DNA of 64,000 nucleotides from Veleropilina oligotropha (Eukaryota): NCBI GenBank assembly GCA_048128005.1, contig JBEUKZ010000019.1, positions 124,001 to 188,000 of the forward strand, read 5' to 3'. Shown piece by piece: positions 33,293 to 42,706 of this stretch (position 1 is its first letter; each line of letters starts with the position of its first letter). The notes under the pieces were generated by a model. It saw only the letters and a program-made list of their open reading frames with translations, ran no database searches and was not told where the DNA came from. The position numbers and the translations under genes were made by a program.

Positions 33293-33925
33293 CTATAGCA
33301 CACTATAAGCAACGGGCTGATCAGTTTTCAACAGAAGCTTAGCGTGTCGTGTCTCGGCCAACAGCCGGCGAACCTCGGTCCGTTCATCCTGCGACGGGAT
33401 TACATCGTTCTCGCGCAGACAGTCCTCGAAACTGTCGCGGTCCTTGCAATGGAACAGCGCGACCCAGCGGGTCTGCTCTCTGAGCTCCTTCAAGACCGAG
33501 TTGTACTTTTGCGTCACTACCCATACGCTCTGTTCGGCATGCCTGCCGCTGAAGGCCAACAAAGTCAGCATGTCCCGTTTTTTTGCCATAGCTTTGCTGG
33601 CGGCGCAGTCGTCGATTATGTACAGAGTCGACTCCCCCTGAAACAGCCGGTAGAACCCCCGCAGCCAGTCATGGAGTCGCTCACCCGGGGGGATCAAATA
33701 CACCTCAGGGTCGGTCCAGATCCACGGACAAGACTGGTATGCTTTGTTGTACTTGATCGTGGGGCAGAGGACCACGATATGCCGGAAGACGCCTCGATAC
33801 TCCCCCTCCAGCAGTTCAAGCATGAAAACCGTCTTCCCACAACCGGTCTGGCCGCAGATGATTGCGGAGTGGGGGTCCTTGGTGTGCGGAAATCGTTTAG
33901 TACAGTGCTTCGACGAATCGGCCAT
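33293..33925 (-). CDS. A32/FtsK-HerA-type DNA packaging ATPase
   Basis: Walker A GQTGCGKT, Walker B YIIDD, A32 signature GRHAEQSVWVVTQ. Confidence 0.92.
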   Translation of the reverse strand: MADSSKHCTKRFPHTKDPHSAIICGQTGCGKTVFMLELLEGEYRGVFRHIVVLCPTIKYNKAYQSCPWIWTDPEVYLIPPGERLHDWLRGFYRLFQGESTLYIIDDCAASKAMAKKRDMLTLLAFSGRHAEQSVWVVTQKYNSVLKELREQTRWVALFHCKDRDSFEDCLRENDVIPSQDERTEVRRLLAETRHAKLLLKTDQPVAYSVL

Positions 33926-35198
33926 TCTCGATATTCAGCTGTGCGTCCATGATCACGAACTCGTAGACGTTCAGTGGACCGGCCGCTTCGGCTGTTTTAG
34001 TGATCTGAATAGTAATGCCTTCGCTGGCGTTCTCGACCCTCCGGCCTGACCCGTGCAACTGATCGTCGTCAGTTACCCGCATATCGATCCAGAGCGCAAA
34101 TTTCTTAGTCAGAAATTCGCCCAGGGTGACGTCTGCCATCTCCAAGTCCTTTGCGACCATCGCGACCTCAGGATGCCGCTTACTGCTGCCGGAGGCGAAC
34201 ATTTTCTTGGCTTCTTCCCAGATCTGGTATGTTCGCATGCCCTGGCTGTAGATTTGATTCGGGACACCCTCGATTGTGACCTCGACCTTTGTGATCTTCG
34301 GATTATAGAAGGCCTCAGTATCGCGAGAGAATGGCGCGGCGTCTCTCGCAGGGTCCTCGAACAACAGTAGTATTCCTTTCATCGACCTCGCCGGTACGTT
34401 CACATTCATATTCCACAACGAGTCGCTCTTGTCTAGGGTGAGCTTCCGATGCCGGAGAACACGGTCGTACAGGATTACGAGTTGACCCTGGTATTGATTT
34501 CGAATCCGTCTGGCAAGCTCGGATTGGGTTACCATGTCATATTCGAGGGATATATTGTCGATGGAATAGCTGGAACCGGAGTCGTCCGTCTCCCGGATAG
34601 TCCGGGAGTAGTCGTTGAACGTTAGCTCATACTCGAGACGGTCTCCAAGGGCGCTTTGATAGAATGGCATGTGACTTTCCAACAGCTCGAAATCCAGCGG
34701 GATGCGGAATCGGTTACCGTACGCGGCCGCGACCGCGACATCCTCAGACAGTCTAAAGGCGTCTGCCGCACCAACACGATGCTTCGTAGTGTTGTGTCCA
34801 TCGCTGGTATCAATCCCCTGGTACTGGGCGTTCTTGCGCTCCCCTGTGGTCTTCCAGAGATCGCAGTAGCAGTGGTACACGTCGGAGTCGTCAATCGACA
34901 TGATCTCGTTTCCACTTATCTTTATCGTGGTCTTTCTGATCACGGCACGGCCGATATTTTGCACTACAGTCCTATTCGCATTTACCGAGGTCAGAGAGAT
35001 GGTAAATGCGAGGTGGGCAGTCCCTGGAACGATCACGTCATTCGCCCCGAGATTAGGGAATCGAACCAGGAGCTGCTGGTTGGCGGAAATCGTTGATGGA
35101 TTGTTTGTTATGGTCACCGACTGGCGAATACCCTTGACCGCGAGGGGCTCACGCAGTCTGCGGTATGGATTAAGCTTGCGTCCGTACACGCTAGTCAT
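33897..35198 (-). CDS. Major capsid protein (double jelly-roll), putative
   Basis: About 430 aa, beta-rich, adjacent to the packaging ATPase in an element with penton and integrase; likely start MTSVYG (ORF extends to 35234). Confidence 0.75.
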   Translation of the reverse strand: MTSVYGRKLNPYRRLREPLAVKGIRQSVTITNNPSTISANQQLLVRFPNLGANDVIVPGTAHLAFTISLTSVNANRTVVQNIGRAVIRKTTIKISGNEIMSIDDSDVYHCYCDLWKTTGERKNAQYQGIDTSDGHNTTKHRVGAADAFRLSEDVAVAAAYGNRFRIPLDFELLESHMPFYQSALGDRLEYELTFNDYSRTIRETDDSGSSYSIDNISLEYDMVTQSELARRIRNQYQGQLVILYDRVLRHRKLTLDKSDSLWNMNVNVPARSMKGILLLFEDPARDAAPFSRDTEAFYNPKITKVEVTIEGVPNQIYSQGMRTYQIWEEAKKMFASGSSKRHPEVAMVAKDLEMADVTLGEFLTKKFALWIDMRVTDDDQLHGSGRRVENASEGITIQITKTAEAAGPLNVYEFVIMDAQLNIENGRFVEALY

Positions 35199-35234
35199 GG
35201 CTGAATTAGATGCGTATCCCACTGATGTATTCAA

Positions 35235-36543
35235 ATGGCGGAATTCGAGAACCCCGCATTCGAGCCGGACGATCTCATCGACAACGATGATACCATCATC
35301 GACGATACTGATGTGGATCTATCCACCGACCGGTTTATGCCTGTTCTTTCGGAACGGCCACAGGAAGGAACCAGCAGTCTTCAGCAAGAGCTCGTTCAGG
35401 GCGTAGTTGACGACTACTACAAAGCCCTGGCACAGGATGGGCAGACCCCCGCGGCAGGGCGAGATTATTCACAAGTATGTGAGGGGAAAATTAGGGAGGG
35501 GGGGGAAATTGGTGATGACGGACTACCCCGACATCAATCTCATAAATTCTCGCACCGGCAACCCCTTGGCGTTGTCAACAATAGCTGGCCGGCCTGGTGG
35601 GGGTGATGCAATCCGTGAAGGGTTGGGGTTTGTACACTGGACGCGGGGGGGACAAAAGCCGTCCTCAAAAGCGGTTGCAGCTCTTCAGACAGCCGACAAC
35701 GAGTTGAGCGGTGCGGCCGCTAATGTCGAAAACGTAGAACTGCGGGACTTGGGGCAGACTGCTACTGATGCCTCCGTAGCAATCCACATGATGGAGACGA
35801 AATTCACTGATACCGAGGTTGAAGAGATCTTAGGCACAATGGGGGACCCTCCATTAAATCTTCGCGAGCTTCGCGGACTTGACAAGGCGATGCAGACCAT
35901 CCGAGGCGAACTAACCAACAATCTAGCCAAACTAACGGCGCTGGACGAACACATAGAGCTGGAGAAGATGAAGCTCGATCAGGCAGATGAAGAGGGCGGT
36001 GTGGATGAGTTCATCCGTCGACGGATCGCGGAACGTCTGCGCGACCTGAATGATGAAAGAGCAGCTCGCCTAGAGGCAGCATCATCAAGCCGGGAGGCCC
36101 TTCGCTCTCAAATCAGCCGGATCCGAGAGATGATAAGTCGGATCCTGAACACCGACACAACGCTGGCCGAGCGTATCCGGACCCTGTTCCGCGAGCAAGG
36201 GGTTACGATCGCAACAATACTGACCGCTATCGGGCTCGCCATCTCGACTTTGGTACTAGCCCTGACAGGTGGAGCAACAAGCCCGCCAACGCCACCACCA
36301 CCTCCCAGTGGTCAGGGCGGGGTCAAGGAGTGGGTCAAAAAGCAGCTGCAGAACTTGGGAAGGATTCTAGGCAAACTAGCAGGGAAGGCCGCAGCCGCGC
36401 TCCCAGGAATACTTGGAAGCCTGGTCTCCTGGCTAATCAACCTGATTGGCAAGACAGCATCGTGGCTCGCTGAAAACCTATGGGCACTGGTCATATCAGT
36501 TGGGGGCTTGCTTCTTATTGCCGCTAGACAGTGGGTCACGTAA
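35235..36543 (+). CDS. Acidic N-terminus (FENPAF) + coiled-coil + TM + amphipathic tail protein; frameshifted at about 35465-35510
   Basis: ORF 35235-35606 (MAEFENPAFEPDD...GRDYS) overlaps the only-TTG-start ORF 35407-36543, whose body matches copy 1 ORF 2-1015. Confidence 0.7.
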
Positions 36544-37828
36544 GCCAAATGAACGCTAGGCCAACGACAATGCCGCCCACGATAAGTGCGGTTTTATCCT
36601 CGTCATGTTTGGTTGCCCCAGCTGAAACAGCTGCCACTGGGGCCACAGCCGGCAGAGAGCCACGATGCTTCGGAGTGACCGCATCTGCGGGTAAGACGGC
36701 GTCTTGTGGGATGACCAATCCTGTTTCTCCAGTCTCCCCAGTGGCGTTGAGCGGCACAGGATTGGCCGCGTTCACCGTAGTATTAAGACCTAGGGTCTGG
36801 GCTTCCGTGGCAACGACGATCTCATTGTTATAACCAGCCACCTGCCCGATCCGAAGGAGCATGTCACTTGGCGCCATGTAAAGGCCGACGCCGAATACGA
36901 AGTCTACTTTAGACCTGGCATACTGCAAAACGTCCTGGTACCGTTGGATCGCAGCAGGGAGGTCAACGGGGGATGCGATGGCGTCTTCCACGTTCGCCAG
37001 GAACTGTTTCTGTGCGTCAAATGCCGTCCCACTACCCAGAATACTTGCACGCGTTTGAGCCTGCGCTCCAAGAATAGCCCAGACGTAGGTCCTGATGGAA
37101 TCATTGAGCCTTTCCACGCCGGCCCTCGTGAATCCCACCGACCTGTCCAGAATAAAAGTAGCCCAACCGTTTTTAAGCGCAGGCGCTTGCGCGATGTAGT
37201 CCACGTGCAGATTCGTGTTGGTCGTACCTTTGGTGAAGGACATTCGGCTTGGATCATACTCACGTCCGATGGGGTGGTAGCCGTTGTTCGTCCAGTAGCT
37301 GTAAGCGGTGCCTAGTCCGCCGTTGGGACCCTTGACACGCCAGTCGGTATGTGGGGACACTCCGAATTCGCTGCAGATCTTTTCATATGCCCTTCGGTCA
37401 TACGGGGTGTCGAATGCATCCCACGTCCGGTCTTGTGGCAGCGGCGCCTGAATCTCGGTCAAGATCCTTCTGACCTGATAGTAGACGTGGAAGGTGAATA
37501 CAGCAGTGGAGAGGGCTGCAGTAGCATTCAAGTGGTCTTCTGAGGAGATCCCGGAACCTGTTGTGGCACACCATACTGCGAAGTTGACCTTGTTCTGCCA
37601 GAACCGCATCGGTGTGCTGTGCCAAGCCCTTATCAGCCCGTCACTAGCGACGTGAGGGAGGCGATACTTTTGAAATACGTCGGGGTAGTCTGCCCCGAAT
37701 GCAGTGGTTGAGCTATTACCCACATTGATGCTTGGTCTCGTAAGCTGCTCATCTTTGATCTTTGCTGGGTACACCACACCGGTCGGATAGGCCGCACTCC
37801 TATTGAACACAAATGCGCTCTTAGCCAT
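36536..37828 (-). CDS. Conserved viral protein with C-terminal membrane anchor (homolog of 1008-2279)
   Basis: High identity to the copy 1 ORF. Confidence 0.8.
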   Translation of the reverse strand: MAKSAFVFNRSAAYPTGVVYPAKIKDEQLTRPSINVGNSSTTAFGADYPDVFQKYRLPHVASDGLIRAWHSTPMRFWQNKVNFAVWCATTGSGISSEDHLNATAALSTAVFTFHVYYQVRRILTEIQAPLPQDRTWDAFDTPYDRRAYEKICSEFGVSPHTDWRVKGPNGGLGTAYSYWTNNGYHPIGREYDPSRMSFTKGTTNTNLHVDYIAQAPALKNGWATFILDRSVGFTRAGVERLNDSIRTYVWAILGAQAQTRASILGSGTAFDAQKQFLANVEDAIASPVDLPAAIQRYQDVLQYARSKVDFVFGVGLYMAPSDMLLRIGQVAGYNNEIVVATEAQTLGLNTTVNAANPVPLNATGETGETGLVIPQDAVLPADAVTPKHRGSLPAVAPVAAVSAGATKHDEDKTALIVGGIVVGLAFIWLT

Positions 37829-37835
37829 AGCTACT

Positions 37836-38576
37836 ATGTTCCACACATTAACAAACGTTCAAGAGGGGACCGCGGTTGCCCTCCTGGAGCCGATTGATAA
37901 CCGGGACGGCAAGCTATGTGTCAGCTTGCAGTCGCTCGACTATTGGGTAGGCTGGCACAACGTGCATGCCGGAGCCTTCTTTAAGACCCCCGATACCACG
38001 GTCGACGTGGCACCAGGTTTCTACAGCTTCGATGACCTCGCCAAGACGATGAAGAGGTCGCTAGTTAACCTACAACTAGATGTAAGCCATGCTACAGGGC
38101 TCGCCCGAATCGTGGTCCCAGAGGGGACTCGACTCGCGATAAGCGACGATATACGAAAACTCCTCGGCTTAGACCTCTCTTCGTTTATTCTCGATAAAGC
38201 AGGGAATCTGAACCCACCGGTTCGGGGAGTACAGGGCCAACCACCTCCCCCTCCGGAGAGATCCGAGTGGCTACGCCCTGGGACTTATGACGGGAATAAG
38301 CCTGTCGGGTTTGCCATAGCGCCAACCCTACACGTTCACCTGGAGCAGCTCAGTACAACGCACAATGTGAAGGACGGCGCCCCGAGCACTATTCTCGCGG
38401 TGGTCCCTATCACGTCGCAGATGTTCGGTGAAGCTGGCCACTATCATAGCTATCCCGCCGGCCGGCGACTACAGGCCGGGCTAATCACAGAGTTGAAGGT
38501 GTACGTCACAGACGCAGACAGTAACCCGATCGACAATCACGGCATGCCCATTACCGCAGTCCTTGCGATACAATGA
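37836..38576 (+). CDS. Minor capsid protein (penton), putative
   Basis: Homolog of 2284-2991 with a different, longer central loop. Confidence 0.7.
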   Translation: MFHTLTNVQEGTAVALLEPIDNRDGKLCVSLQSLDYWVGWHNVHAGAFFKTPDTTVDVAPGFYSFDDLAKTMKRSLVNLQLDVSHATGLARIVVPEGTRLAISDDIRKLLGLDLSSFILDKAGNLNPPVRGVQGQPPPPPERSEWLRPGTYDGNKPVGFAIAPTLHVHLEQLSTTHNVKDGAPSTILAVVPITSQMFGEAGHYHSYPAGRRLQAGLITELKVYVTDADSNPIDNHGMPITAVLAIQ

Positions 38577-38935
38577 GCAGCATCTACGGGACCCTCCCCC
38601 TACCCCTGCTTGCAGATGAGCCCTCTTCCCCCCCGACCCGGTGGCACTTTGTCCTTAATTGTGGGGTAGCGCCCAATAAGGGGCTGGCGAGGAGGGAGTT
38701 CATGTTTCCAAACACTAGAGGTCGGTTCGGGTTGAACCCAGCCCTTCTAATGATCCACCTGACGCCGGTCCAGCCGGCCGGGGGCCCCAAAGCATGTTCC
38801 ATCAGTAAGCTTGGCCTGAATTCGGACTGGTTGACCCTCGCCTTTGCCATCAAGGCCCCGTGGGTCGGCACTCTGTATTTGAACGTTACGGCAGACAAGG
38901 GGAATCAACCGCCGGAACAATACAGCCACGTATAG
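38573..38935 (+). CDS. Small beta-rich viral protein
   Basis: Homolog of 2988-3350; ATGA overlap conserved. Confidence 0.65.
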   Translation: MSSIYGTLPLPLLADEPSSPPTRWHFVLNCGVAPNKGLARREFMFPNTRGRFGLNPALLMIHLTPVQPAGGPKACSISKLGLNSDWLTLAFAIKAPWVGTLYLNVTADKGNQPPEQYSHV

Positions 38936-39568
38936 ATGGACAACACACCCTCAGCGCCAATGCTGTACCCACAGCTTGGTGGCGATGGGATTTCGGAACT
39001 GCATGAGGCACAGTCCTTCCGACTACAGAAAGTGAATGAGCTTCAGGGACAATTAGAACGAGAGAGGGACACACGGGCTGCATTATATAAAAAGTACCGA
39101 CGAGGTGTTAACGTCGTTGACGGGATAGATAACGGGCTAGTCATCGCCACACTTGGTATGGGTAGCGCTGGAATTGGTCTACTTTCCACGATCGTAGCCG
39201 CCCCGGTCGTCCTAGTGCTGGAATTAGCGGCATTAGGGTGTGGGCTCGCCAGTATGGGTGGGAAATATATCAGCCGGCGCCTCGGGGTGAAGGCTAAGAA
39301 ACACGACGAGATTCGAGTCCTGGCCGACAGCAAGCTGAATACCATAACCGACCACGTCTCAAAGGCCTTATCAGATGGGGTGATGTCTGATGATGAATTC
39401 CAACTGGTCACAGGGGAGATGGAGAAATACCAAGCCATGAAGGCATCAATCCGGGATAAGAGTAGGAAGGCGCACACCGCGATTTCACAGACCCAAAGCG
39501 AGCTTATTGAGCGTGGTCGTAAAGAGGGTCGCGCAGAGCTGCTGAAAAAAATCGGAGCTGGCGACTAA
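38936..39568 (+). CDS. Hydrophobic-hairpin membrane protein with PSAP + LYPQL motifs
   Basis: Homolog of 3347-3982. Confidence 0.8.
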   Translation: MDNTPSAPMLYPQLGGDGISELHEAQSFRLQKVNELQGQLERERDTRAALYKKYRRGVNVVDGIDNGLVIATLGMGSAGIGLLSTIVAAPVVLVLELAALGCGLASMGGKYISRRLGVKAKKHDEIRVLADSKLNTITDHVSKALSDGVMSDDEFQLVTGEMEKYQAMKASIRDKSRKAHTAISQTQSELIERGRKEGRAELLKKIGAGD

Positions 39569-39650
39569 CTATCCAGGTTGAGCGTAGCCACGACTACCCC
39601 GCTCCTCCCCCGTATTAAAGCTAGAAATCGACAGTGGTATCTGGACAACC

Positions 39651-40067
39651 ATGAAATCCATGAAATCTATGCTACTGTGTATTGCCGCGGTGTGCTTTGC
39701 CGCGTGGGGTACCACCCAGGCGTCGTCGCGTGACACTGCATTAATTCTCGAACACACGTGGGCTAGGTACCGCAACGACCCCCTGTATAACCCCCGATTC
39801 GATCACTTGCGAAGAAACTTGCTACGAGACCCACCTCCAGTGCGGGCACCGTCATGTCACTATTTCATTACCGATGGAGAGAACGATTGTGGCCCAGATC
39901 CTAATATCGTTGTGTGTATTGAGTGCGCTGAGCCGTCCTTATGTCACGGTAAACGTGGGCATTATTTCTCCATGTTATCTACGGGCTGCAGGGGTTCGTG
40001 GAATCAGATCGGGCACATCTCGCCCTGCAACTGTACACTAGCAAGCGGTAACTACATATTCATATAA
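39651..40067 (+). CDS. Secreted cysteine-rich protein
   Basis: Homolog of 4065-4487: signal peptide, RRNLL, conserved 8 Cys. Confidence 0.75.
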   Translation: MKSMKSMLLCIAAVCFAAWGTTQASSRDTALILEHTWARYRNDPLYNPRFDHLRRNLLRDPPPVRAPSCHYFITDGENDCGPDPNIVVCIECAEPSLCHGKRGHYFSMLSTGCRGSWNQIGHISPCNCTLASGNYIFI

Positions 40068-40121
40068 CAGCGGCAATCTCGGGGAATCCCTGCCTTGAAA
40101 CATATTTTTCAGGCTTCCCTA

Positions 40122-40213
40122 GGGCCAACCACCCCCGGGGCCTCTCTCGGCCAACCACCCCCGGGCCAACCACCCCCGGGCCAACCATCCCCGGGCCAAC
40201 CACCCCCGGGCCG
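40122..40213. repeat. 15-bp GC-rich tandem repeat (GGCCAACCACCCCCG) x~5
   Basis: Directly visible in the right subterminal region. Confidence 0.85.
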
Positions 40214-40304
40214 GCGAGCAGTAGTGGGCCGTCCCTGGGGGCTCTATATAGTCTACGTTGGGTCGGAAAAGGTGCATTCATCCCTACTCTAAGCTACCCT
40301 AGGC

Positions 40305-40373
40305 TCGGAACGGGTGCTGGGAGCCGTATTTTCCCATTCTAAAAAGTCTACTGACCCCCCCTGCTGCTGTACT
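40305..40373 (-). repeat. Right TIR core of copy 2
   Basis: Inverse of 25080-25149; ends ...CTGCTGCTGTACT. Confidence 0.9.
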
Positions 40374-40407
40374 ATAGTGTGGGGGCTCCGGTATCAAAAC
40401 AGGGGCG

Positions 40408-40975
40408 ATAACCCTAACCCCATGTTTTGGGCATATCCCGGGGGTGGGTTTTTTTAGGGTGTGGCTGCCGTACCCCCAGGGGGCGACACAAACCTGTTCC
40501 GGGGGGTGGGGGATGTATAACCCTAGGTTTCTAACGCTAGTATGGTAGAGGGTATGTTAGTATGCTAACTCTAGTTAGTATGCTAATCCTAACCCTAGTT
40601 GGTATGCTAGTATGCTAGTATGCTAGATGGTATGCTAGTATGCTAACCCTAACCTTAGCTAGTATGCTAACCCTAACCCTAGTTGGTATGCTAGTTTGTT
40701 AACCCTAACCCTAGTTGGTATGCTAGAGGGTATGCTAACCCTAGTATGCTAAGTGGTATGCTAGAGGGTATGATAGCTGGTGTGATATTTGGTATGCCAT
40801 CCCTAACCCTATCCCTAGTTGATATGATGGCTACCCCTAACCCTAGTATGTTCTAGTATGTTAACTCTAGCATGCTAGCTAGTATGATAGTTGGTAATCC
40901 TAGTATGTAATAACCCTAATTCTAGTATGCTAACTCTAGTATGTTAGCTAGTATGATGGTATGATAGTATGTGCC
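40408..40975. repeat. Degenerate low-complexity array of TAACCC (telomere-like) and TAGTATGC units
   Basis: Many TAACCCTAACCCT tracts interleaved with (C)TAGTATG(C). Confidence 0.75.
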
Positions 40976-42706
40976 GTATATCACCTGGGATACCTATTTG
41001 TGTGTATATGTGAATCACCTATCCCCACTATCCCGGGGGTTACCCATATGTTCCCTGGGTTCACCTGTAGGAATACCCAATCAGTGAGTTCACCTGTATA
41101 CCTACGGGACAGTGCCTGTACAATTGACGGTTAGTCAACCCGGTTGTCTACTTGGATATGTATGCTAACCAGGCATTTATTATCTGATAGCAGCAGCCGA
41201 TCAGTGTGTACCCTCACCACCCTCGTGGTTCAAGGCATTATCACCTGTGTGAGGTTACTATCTACTAGTTCACCTGTATTTCTGCTTGACAGTGCCTGTA
41301 CAATTGGTGCTCCCTATCTGTATACTGTAAACCATAATATATTAGAGGCATAAAAATTTAGCGAATTTGTCACTTTGGACCTATTAGCGACATGTAATTT
41401 TAGCGAAAATCGAATTTCGGGAAATGCATACAACAATGCAAGTTCTAATTACTTTTAAAATGTTATCTGATGTCCCCGTATGGCTGTTAATTGTCTGATT
41501 GTTACCCATTGTTATCGCAACTGCAGTTTGTTAAGTATGACTATTAGCAGGATGACTAGTATTAAGTAGGTTGAAAGTTCATTGTACAAATCGTAATCGG
41601 ATTAATGTAATGACACTGGTGTTCCGATTGTAAATCGCCACTTGAGTGTAAAATGTGAATTGGTACTTCAAATAAAGTAATTAATAGGATTACAAATGCA
41701 TTAGTTATGTTTATTCAATAATTGTTAATTAATCAAGTACCATGCATAATATACTGTAGTGTTACTTGCCAGTAACGAGAAAGCTAATCGTCTTTTGTCA
41801 TTAAAATGGACACTGTTGTGTTATCAAGGGAGGGCATTTATGCAGTGACCCAGTAGTGGAACTTGCGCGAAAACGTGGCTGTATGCAATACTGTTGAATA
41901 AACGTTATCTGTAGAACGAGAACTATAGCAAGGAAGTTGATACGCTCGTTTATTTCCGCCGTTCTTTGTTGTACGATTCCTAATATTAAAGTTACTTTCA
42001 TACATTAGTCAGAATTAGCTGGTTGCTATGGGGTTCTAATCGAATAATATCGTTTAATAAAATGATAAATAGTGAATATGTTTCTGTTACTGAATTCCCC
42101 TTTTGACGAGATTAAAACAAAAGACAAACAAAATGGCGGGCCTAAGTTTTACGCATGTTTTGAAGGATTTCAGCGGACCTTTCATGGAATAAAGTTGAAC
42201 AAACAAGTGGTGAAAATATGGTTTATTCATACATAAATGGCAAGAAATAAAAACGCATTACTCTTGAACAATGTTAGATAGTTTATTAATTACATTGCTA
42301 AAAACATATTTCTTTGTCACCCACCCTTCTTATGTATATCGGTATGGATACGTACTGCTTTCCCCTTTCCCTTCCCCATCTTCTTCGATACACCTTTGGG
42401 CATACTTCTGCCACTACCTTTCTTGTAGAAACAAATGTGATGGTCTGTAATTAAATACATGTTAACAACAAATTAAGTTATTAAAACAGCTTGCTGTGTT
42501 GTAGCAATGTACCTTAGGATACCTTAGGATGATTTCTGGGCTCTGAGGTAAGGAGATATCTCCTTTTTTAGCCCACTTTATGCAGGAATTCTTCAGATAC
42601 TGAATCCTGGTATATATGCTTGCATCGTATGTTCAACATCATTACAGGGTACAGGTTTGTTTTTCAAGTGTCACAATCAGTAGGTATATATGTGGGAAGT
42701 CACACA

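Larger units (their letters stand above)
25080..40373 (+). mobile_element. Endogenous Polinton-like virus (integrase-bearing, PolB-SF1 helicase type), copy 2, apparently full length, ~15.3 kb
   Basis: Termini AGTAGCAGCAGCAGGGGGGGTCAGTAGACTTTTTAGAATGGGAAAATA and its inverse. Contains polymerase-helicase, integrase, packaging ATPase, MCP and penton-like genes. GC-rich relative to flanks. Confidence 0.92.

Noticed and set aside
25080..40373. Bacterial prophage or contamination
   Set aside because: rve integrase, A32 ATPase and Polinton-type termini, embedded among spliceosomal genes and LINEs in three independent positions.
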